Assembly (NCBI GenBank): GCA_942493375.1
Contig: OW818698.1
Coordinates: 5,494,528-5,526,527 of the forward strand
Direction of reading: 5' to 3'
From: Abditibacteriota bacterium
GTDB lineage: Bacteria; Armatimonadota; UBA5829
DNA: 32,000 bases
Shown: in pieces, positions 26,272 through 32,000 of the stretch
Layout: the number at the start of each line of letters is the position of its first letter
How positions within the stretch are numbered: position 1 is the first letter of the stretch
Position numbers and translations under genes: made by a program
Notes under the pieces: generated by a model
Database searches by the model: none
The model's input: the letters and a program-made list of their open reading frames with translations, nothing else
What the model was told of the DNA's origin: nothing

Positions 26272-27341
26272 TTCTTTCCATTCTTATCCCACACCCCAGC
26301 GCTTGTGAAATTGTCCGTTATTATCGTAGGTGGGGCAAAGTCGAAAATTGTGGTCTGGTCAGGGATTATGTAGTTTCCGGAAATGCGGTTGGCGTTTGTT
26401 CCGATTGTCGTTATCGAGCAGCCTATGATTCCGTCAGCTATGTTTACTCCCATGCTGTTTTCCAGGCGTATCGTTCCATAAAAGAAATTGCATCCATTGA
26501 AAGCCATACCATATTGAACTTTATTGCAGTAAAGAGCATATCTCTCATTATGATTCATCAAGCAGTTTGAGATTGCTCCGTGGGAGCCGTTTTCGTGGTC
26601 TTCGATAACAAGACCATCCATGTTTGTACCGAAATTCGATGCAGCTATCTTAACATTTCCCGCGTATATAGCACATCCGACGATATTATTGAAGCAGCTT
26701 AATGATACTGCGTTGTTATACTCCGCGCGGGTGTCAAATCGAATGCCTGTATGATTGCCGTAGGCGGTGATGCGTTCCAGATTGCCGCCTCCTCCACCCA
26801 GAAAAGCATAGTCAAAATGAGATATACAAAGCCCAGTTCCATCGAAATTGCGCAAGGTTACTCCGACGATATCATACTTTCCACACCCAAGAACCGATAT
26901 GCCGCCCAACTGCGTATCTTTGCGCCCATGCCAGTCACCTTTCGCTTCGCCATCGAGCACGATATCTCGAATTGCCCAATCGGTAACGTTTATCACCTCG
27001 AATATATATCCTGAGCCTGCAGTACGCACGATTGTAGCTGGTCCGGCGCCTGTTATCGTGACTCCGGATGGAATCGTCACTTTACTCAACCGATAATAAC
27101 CAGGACCGATATACAAAACCCCCGGACCAGCTTTTAAAGCCTTGCGCATCGCAGAAGTATCATCAGCAGTGCTATCCAATCCCGATGGACGTTTGCCGTT
27201 GTCATTTTTGTAATCAGTCAATTTACGAACAAAAGGGGCATCAGATGTATAAGCGCTGCTGGAAATTAATAATACAGCCAGAGTTGCAATAATAAGTGTT
27301 GTTATATTCATTTTATACTCCATAGAATCTGTGTGAGTCAT
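26268..27341 (-). CDS. secreted right-handed parallel beta-helix repeat protein (pectate-lyase-fold)
   Basis: The preferred start is ATG 27341, with AGGTGG 9 nt upstream. The track start at 27434 would overlap the upstream gene by 80 nt. The signal-like segment is MNITTLIIATLAVLLISSSAYT. Periodic repeats include VTITGAGPATIV, IRDIVLDG, VGVTLRNFDGTGLCIS, ITAYGNHTGIRF, ISNCLMNHNERYALY and VNIADGIIG. Confidence 0.8.
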   Translation of the reverse strand: MTHTDSMEYKMNITTLIIATLAVLLISSSAYTSDAPFVRKLTDYKNDNGKRPSGLDSTADDTSAMRKALKAGPGVLYIGPGYYRLSKVTIPSGVTITGAGPATIVRTAGSGYIFEVINVTDWAIRDIVLDGEAKGDWHGRKDTQLGGISVLGCGKYDIVGVTLRNFDGTGLCISHFDYAFLGGGGGNLERITAYGNHTGIRFDTRAEYNNAVSLSCFNNIVGCAIYAGNVKIAASNFGTNMDGLVIEDHENGSHGAISNCLMNHNERYALYCNKVQYGMAFNGCNFFYGTIRLENSMGVNIADGIIGCSITTIGTNANRISGNYIIPDQTTIFDFAPPTIITDNFTSAGVWDKNGKK

Positions 27342-27354
27342 TCCCGCCTGCCAC

Positions 27355-29202
27355 CTATTCCAACAACCGCGGGAAATAGTCCACTTTGATGGAGGTTTTG
27401 CCCCGAATGTCCTCGGTCTTGCCGTAAAGGTCATTTGCCTGTTTGAGGTTTTTGCCTTTCAGGCTAAACTCGGTTTCCTGGTCAAGGTTCCATACTATCA
27501 GCGCGCGGTGCCCGTTTGGGCGAGTTAGCTGGCAGGTCCAGGTCCCGGCGGTGTCAGCTTTTAGTGATTTCATCACGGAGCCTAACAACCACTCGCGAAT
27601 CCGGGCATAGGCGTAACCTGTTGGTTTGATGGGGACACCAGGGCCTCCTGAGCCACCCTCGACCAATCCCAGGTCTCCATTGTCCCAACTGTAGTAATAG
27701 TACCGTTCGAATCCACAGGCCCAGTTGATAATATGTTCGCAGGCAATCTCTCCGGAGGCTCTTCGCATCAGGATGGGGTCGCCATCAGACTGGGGTGGCG
27801 AGCCTATCCCTGTCTCTGTGTTCCAGATTGGTTTCGATTTCAAATTGTATTTCACCAGCATCTGCTTGATCTTCAGCATCTCCCCAATGGTAAACACTCC
27901 AACATCACCCGTGTAAAGATGCACACCAATCGCGTCGGTATTGCGTCCTCCACCTGCCTTGAGGTAGTTATATAAAAACAATCGTCCGGAATAGCTCTGC
28001 GTGTAACAGATACCGGGTGAGATTACCTTGGTGGCCGGGTCTACCTGTTTTAGAATAGTTATAGCTTCTTTCTCCAGCTCCACCAGTTTTGCAGGAGTGC
28101 CCGAGTAGAATCCTCCCCAGTTCGGTTCATTCCAGATCTCGTAACAGGGGATTTTCGCCTTGTAGTGCGTGGTTACTGTGCGAATGTAATTCCGCCAGTT
28201 ATCCATATCCTTTGGAGGCGAAGAAAGACCCGGCGAGTAGGGGGACTCCGCATTGGGGTTAGTCGCCGCCCACGCCGGGGTTTGTCCGAGAACTAAATAA
28301 GGCTCAACATGATGCTCCAGGGCACGGTTGACCAGCATATCCAGTCTGTTGAAATCCCACTGCCCCTGCTTCCATTCCAGACTCGCCCATGAGGTGCTGG
28401 TATCCCACAAACGCCAGCCGTAAAAAGGCACAAATGGCCACTTTAGGTCTCCAAAATGATGGATGTGCATATTGAAGAAACTGGCTGGGATCGATTTGCT
28501 GGGCGGTGTAATGGAAATCTTCCGGGGCATCATGGAGATCAACTTGCAGGAAACATCATCCACATAAAGCGTGCTGTTACCGTTCAATTTAATAACGAAC
28601 AGCGCCTGGTCGTCTGTAACCAGAGGGGTTAAATCGAACGTATATCGTTTCCATTTATTAGTCACAGTTACGAAATCGCCGCTGTAGTCGGTATAAGGTG
28701 CTGGCTCTTTGCGCAGGAATATCTCCACCGGTGCCTCATTCTCCACCTCCCCACGCATCCACAGGGAAATCCGGTAGAGTCCGTGCGGGATCACTTTGAT
28801 CCTCTGCTGGTTAACAAAAAACACGCAGCCGGACTTAAGGTTGCTGACAGTGATCTTCTGGGCGACCTTACCTCCGTGCGGATTCATGCCGTCAAGATCA
28901 TACGCAACCTTAAGGTCCGCCCAAAAAGACAGGTCATACCATCCCGGGGAAATGCCGGCACCAGGCACCGCTTGATCGTTGCGCTCAAAATCCCCATCTG
29001 CCAGCAATTCCTTGTTGAACACAATCCCTTTTATTGTATCCGCCGTTAATGCGGGTGTAGTCTCCCATGTAGGAGCAGCCTCCGACCATGCTATGGAAAA
29101 CAATATGCAATTGAACAACAGGACACACGCAACTAGCCAGGCGTGCTGAATGTCCTTCCACCTTACGTAGCTGTTGCCATGTCCCATCTCCATTATGCGC
29201 AT
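27355..29202 (-). CDS. secreted clan GH-A glycoside hydrolase (GH39/GH5-like) with N-terminal CBM4_9/22-like module
   Basis: The preferred start is ATG 29202, with GGAG 6 nt upstream; the track start is GTG 29220. The signal/anchor is AWLVACVLLFNCILFSIAWS|EA. The CBM-like region runs from GDFERN..GISPGWYDL to STLYVDDVSC. The acid/base block is YEIWNEPNW (Glu codon 28126-28128). The nucleophile block is IWNTETG (Glu codon 27814-27816). Confidence 0.85.
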   Translation of the reverse strand: MRIMEMGHGNSYVRWKDIQHAWLVACVLLFNCILFSIAWSEAAPTWETTPALTADTIKGIVFNKELLADGDFERNDQAVPGAGISPGWYDLSFWADLKVAYDLDGMNPHGGKVAQKITVSNLKSGCVFFVNQQRIKVIPHGLYRISLWMRGEVENEAPVEIFLRKEPAPYTDYSGDFVTVTNKWKRYTFDLTPLVTDDQALFVIKLNGNSTLYVDDVSCKLISMMPRKISITPPSKSIPASFFNMHIHHFGDLKWPFVPFYGWRLWDTSTSWASLEWKQGQWDFNRLDMLVNRALEHHVEPYLVLGQTPAWAATNPNAESPYSPGLSSPPKDMDNWRNYIRTVTTHYKAKIPCYEIWNEPNWGGFYSGTPAKLVELEKEAITILKQVDPATKVISPGICYTQSYSGRLFLYNYLKAGGGRNTDAIGVHLYTGDVGVFTIGEMLKIKQMLVKYNLKSKPIWNTETGIGSPPQSDGDPILMRRASGEIACEHIINWACGFERYYYYSWDNGDLGLVEGGSGGPGVPIKPTGYAYARIREWLLGSVMKSLKADTAGTWTCQLTRPNGHRALIVWNLDQETEFSLKGKNLKQANDLYGKTEDIRGKTSIKVDYFPRLLE

Positions 29203-29307
29203 ACCAGTCTCCTGTCCCACTCATCTTTGCATTTACAATCTGGTGGTATTATATCTCACAAGGATGACAATCCGGAAATTGCCACCCAGAGCTTAGAATC
29301 CCCATTC

Positions 29308-29333
29308 TGTTAATCTTGAAAATCTTGTTAATC
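29308..29333. promoter_or_regulatory. nested direct repeats in divergent promoter region
   Basis: TGTTAATC occurs at 29308-29315 and 29326-29333 (18-bp period). AATCTTG occurs at 29312-29318 and 29321-29327 (9-bp period). The repeats lie between the divergent glycosidase genes. Confidence 0.35.
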
Positions 29334-29411
29334 CTGTCTGATTCTTTCTTTTGTATTTTCCACCAAAACCGGATACTATTATGGGAACGATACATAAACG
29401 GATAATGGTGG

Positions 29412-31574
29412 ATGAAAATGAGATTATTTGTAGTATTTTTGTTGCTGTTTTTATTTTGCTCAAGTGTAAATGGTGAGACTGTGCTACCGAAGCTTTTACC
29501 TTCTCCTCAGATAATTCGGTCGGCTGGTTCCAGCAAGTTAAATATGGCTGGAATTCGAGGTTTTGTGCTGGGGAAAGGCTGCATGGGAGTTAAGGCGGGG
29601 ACTGAGCAGGTCAATACCAGGCTTAAAGAACTCAGCCCAAAGAGTTTGTCATATATTAAGAATGGCAAACCGGGGCAGAGCGGGACTATCTGGCTTGGGC
29701 TGCAACCTGATCCTGCTGCTCAGAAACTGGTAGCCGGGCTTCCTGAACCGAATGAGCAAGGGTATCGGCTGGTTGTTGGAGAAGACTCGATAGTCGTGTT
29801 GGGTAAGGATTTGCCTGGGTTATACTACGGGCTGATGACCCTCAGGCAGCTTGTTCAACCTGACGGCAGCATACCACAGGTGACTATATCTGACTGGCCT
29901 GATTTGAAGATGCGCGGGACATATACATGTGAATGGGATCCGGAGAAGAAGATAGAGTATTTTGCCTCTCTGAAGCTCAATTTTATAGTTTTTGAGACCC
30001 CTGAGTTCTATCAAATGGATAACCCGGCTTTACGAAAACGCTGGCAGAAAGTCTTTGATATGTGTCGGAAGAACTTTATTGAGCCTATCCCGGAGCTCCA
30101 GTCCTTCGGCCATGGCAATGCAAACATAGATATAGAACCCCGTTGTGTTGAGGGTGTCTATATGAAGAATGTGCGTGGCACTGCGCAAAACGGCGAGATT
30201 ATAGTGCGCAGATACAAGGAACCAATATCTGATACACCAATTACTAACGCAGGCTTTGAACAGAATAATGGGATTCCGGACGGCTGGTTGGTGGACACTA
30301 AAAATGGCGAAATATCCGTCACAAATTCCGTGAAACGCGGCGGCAATTCCAGCCTCTGCATATCTCATCAGACTTTAGGAACGCTTCGTGCCAGGCAGGA
30401 GCTGCCATGTATGGAGCAATCAAATTATAAGTATACATGCTACATAAAGACCAAAGACATAGTTAAGGGATCAGATATTTGCTCCGGAGCATACACAGAG
30501 ATCTATGGCGTAATGGAGAATGGTGAACTGTCTCCCGGGCTTCTGACAGTATCCAAAATACAAAACGGGACCAATGACTGGAACCAGTTGTCATTGGTGT
30601 TTAATACAAAGCAGTATAAAAAGCTGTGCATATTTGTAAGGCTTCAAGATGCATCAGGAACTGCATGGTTCGATGATCTGGAACTGAAATGTCTGGAAAA
30701 GTGGGATCAATTATCGCCAAATATAGTTATCACTCCATCCTCTCCAATCGTATTGACCAATAAGGCTGGGGATATTAAGTATGAAGAAGGTAAAGACTTC
30801 ATAATAGTACAAGGGGATCCACTTGTGATTGGAGACAATAAGACAGGCAAGCACTTCTATCCAGTAGAAGGCAAGCCATTGACCCTGAAGACAGTTTCCA
30901 ATGGACGGATCAAAGATGGCAATGAACTGCTGCTCAGCTACAATTATGCACCATCTGGAAGTGTTTCGTGCTGTCCATCTGAACCCTTGTATAGAAACAT
31001 GATGCAGAAATCCATCCGTAATGTGGTCAAAAGCTTGAAATGTAAATATCTCCATATAGGCCACGATGAACCGCAGTCCCTCAATCGGGACAGCCGCTGC
31101 AAAGAGCGGGGACTGGGAAATGTGGACCTGTATGTGGATGAGATCAAGCGAATGAGACAATACATGCTGGACGCAGACCCTAAATGCAAGATATTGATGT
31201 GGGATGATTCCCTCAATCCCTATTCAAATGCTGTCGGCATCAAACTGGAATCCGCTGCCCAGCATCTCCCAAAAGACATCATAATGAATGCCTGGGCATA
31301 TGAATATCCGGGTGATAACGAGAAGATCCAGAATTCCATCAAATTCTGGATCGACCTCGGATTCGATATAACGGGTTCCCCCTGGTTTAACGTCTACAAC
31401 GCCCACTACTGGGACCAGGCACTGAAAGAGCACAAAGACAGCGGACACATTCTTGGCAGCTTCTATACAGCCTGGGGTGATGACCCCCCGCACATGTGGT
31501 TCGGCCTAACCACCAGCGCACAATATGCATGGTCGAATACAATACCACTCGACGAGTTTTTGGCTTCGAAGTGA
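29412..31574 (+). CDS. secreted GH20-like glycosidase with a CBM4_9-like module inserted in the catalytic barrel
   Basis: The start is ATG 29412 or ATG 29418 (GGTGG 6 nt upstream). The signal peptide is MRLFVVFLLLFLFCSSVNG|E. GH20-type blocks are ISDWPDLKMRG (domain 2 to barrel junction), PELQSFGHGN (compare D.PGH) and YLHIGHDE (compare HIGGDE; Asp-Glu codons 31065-31070). The inserted NAGFEQNNGIPDGWL...GTAWFDDLEL module spans about 30240-30690. Confidence 0.6.
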   Translation: MKMRLFVVFLLLFLFCSSVNGETVLPKLLPSPQIIRSAGSSKLNMAGIRGFVLGKGCMGVKAGTEQVNTRLKELSPKSLSYIKNGKPGQSGTIWLGLQPDPAAQKLVAGLPEPNEQGYRLVVGEDSIVVLGKDLPGLYYGLMTLRQLVQPDGSIPQVTISDWPDLKMRGTYTCEWDPEKKIEYFASLKLNFIVFETPEFYQMDNPALRKRWQKVFDMCRKNFIEPIPELQSFGHGNANIDIEPRCVEGVYMKNVRGTAQNGEIIVRRYKEPISDTPITNAGFEQNNGIPDGWLVDTKNGEISVTNSVKRGGNSSLCISHQTLGTLRARQELPCMEQSNYKYTCYIKTKDIVKGSDICSGAYTEIYGVMENGELSPGLLTVSKIQNGTNDWNQLSLVFNTKQYKKLCIFVRLQDASGTAWFDDLELKCLEKWDQLSPNIVITPSSPIVLTNKAGDIKYEEGKDFIIVQGDPLVIGDNKTGKHFYPVEGKPLTLKTVSNGRIKDGNELLLSYNYAPSGSVSCCPSEPLYRNMMQKSIRNVVKSLKCKYLHIGHDEPQSLNRDSRCKERGLGNVDLYVDEIKRMRQYMLDADPKCKILMWDDSLNPYSNAVGIKLESAAQHLPKDIIMNAWAYEYPGDNEKIQNSIKFWIDLGFDITGSPWFNVYNAHYWDQALKEHKDSGHILGSFYTAWGDDPPHMWFGLTTSAQYAWSNTIPLDEFLASK

Positions 31575-31601
31575 ATTGTCAGTAATAGCTTAGTAAAATG
31601 C

Positions 31602-31742
31602 GAATAATGTCATCATGAGCCCACAAGCAGGGGACGCCAACTTGTATCAATCTTTGGAAGCCAAATTGTGGTGCGGGCTTCTAGCCTGCCGGCCTCGGAT
31701 TTCTAAGGCACCCCCAACTTGGGGCTCAGGATGACATTATTC
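31602..31742. repeat. 20-bp inverted repeat (1 mismatch) flanking ~100 bp, in an ORF-free tail
   Basis: GAATAATGTCATCATGAGCC (31602-31621) pairs with GGCTCAGGATGACATTATTC (31723-31742). The track lists no ORF of 60 aa or more on either strand from 31575 to 32000. Confidence 0.55.
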
Positions 31743-32000
31743 ACCCGCAAGGAGCCTACCTCTGGGTCTGCACCTATCCCATATCCCCGTGACTCAGCTA
31801 ACGGTTGCTTTTCTCTAACAATCAAATGAGAAGGACACTGGTAGAGGCAAAACGGTACCCTATCCCGCTAGTCCTGAGTAGCGCAGCGTATCGAAGGGCG
31901 GTCGGTTGTGCACAATCTATCAGAACGGTTTGGTCAGAGGCATAAAGGAGTTGCCACCTCAAAATATATCCGACAGACCCGTGTTGACGTACCTTGACCA

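Noticed and set aside
27342-27434. N-terminal extension of the beta-helix gene to the track start at 27434
   Set aside because: The extension would overlap the last 80 nt of the upstream hydrolase gene and add an Arg/Trp-rich non-signal segment. ATG 27341, with AGGTGG 9 nt upstream, gives a normal signal peptide.
31719-31760. GGGGCTCAGGATGAC as the 5' end of a tmRNA or other known RNA gene
   Set aside because: No tag reading frame or tRNA-like 3' end (T-arm, CCA context) follows. The segment is instead the right arm of the 20-bp inverted repeat.
1-32000. Search for tRNA, rRNA, transposase, integrase, reverse transcriptase or Cas genes
   Set aside because: I found no T-arm GTTCGA-type motifs in the intergenic DNA, no rRNA-like conserved blocks, and no ORF with DDE, tyrosine- or serine-recombinase, or Cas signatures.

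Overview
The 32-kb bacterial window appears about mid-40s % GC by eye (not computed) and holds 23 supportable protein-coding genes. I recognised no rRNA, tRNA, CRISPR array, transposase or integrase. Two prepilin-type H-X9-DG (DUF1559) genes and many glycoside-hydrolase-like genes suggest a PVC-superphylum or Armatimonadota-like glycan degrader; this is inference only.

Layout:
- 1-7.2 kb: glycan-degradation genes, namely a 5'-truncated gene, an unknown 203-aa protein, a GH32-like gene and a 1136-aa secreted barrel protein.
- 7.4-10.4 kb: AT-richer stretch with a doubtful small ORF, a membrane-anchored protein with a GspG-like C-terminus, and DUF1559 pseudopilin number 1.
- 10.8-17.5 kb: tightly coupled four-gene operon of TonB-dependent receptor, YfiR/DUF4154, hybrid histidine kinase (HK-REC-REC-Hpt) and REC-HD-GYP.
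- 17.7-21.7 kb: GH140-like gene, SRPBCC gene, DUF1284-like gene and DUF1559 pseudopilin number 2.
- 21.8-25.5 kb: small accessory island with a single-TM protein, a TIR protein carrying a ~350-aa unrecognised C-terminal domain, a possible gene remnant, and a PIN toxin followed by an overlapping small HTH-like gene. An imperfect ~21-bp direct repeat brackets the island.
- 25.7-31.6 kb: second glycan cluster, namely a minus-strand operon (clan GH-A enzyme with CBM, beta-helix protein, flavodoxin-like protein) divergent from a GH20-like gene with a CBM inserted in the barrel.
- 31.6-32.0 kb: ORF-free tail with a 20-bp inverted repeat.

The best candidates for something undescribed are the TIR-plus-unknown-domain locus and the TBDR-YfiR-HK-HD-GYP envelope-to-c-di-GMP module. 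All family calls come from motif recognition by eye and need profile or structure searches.
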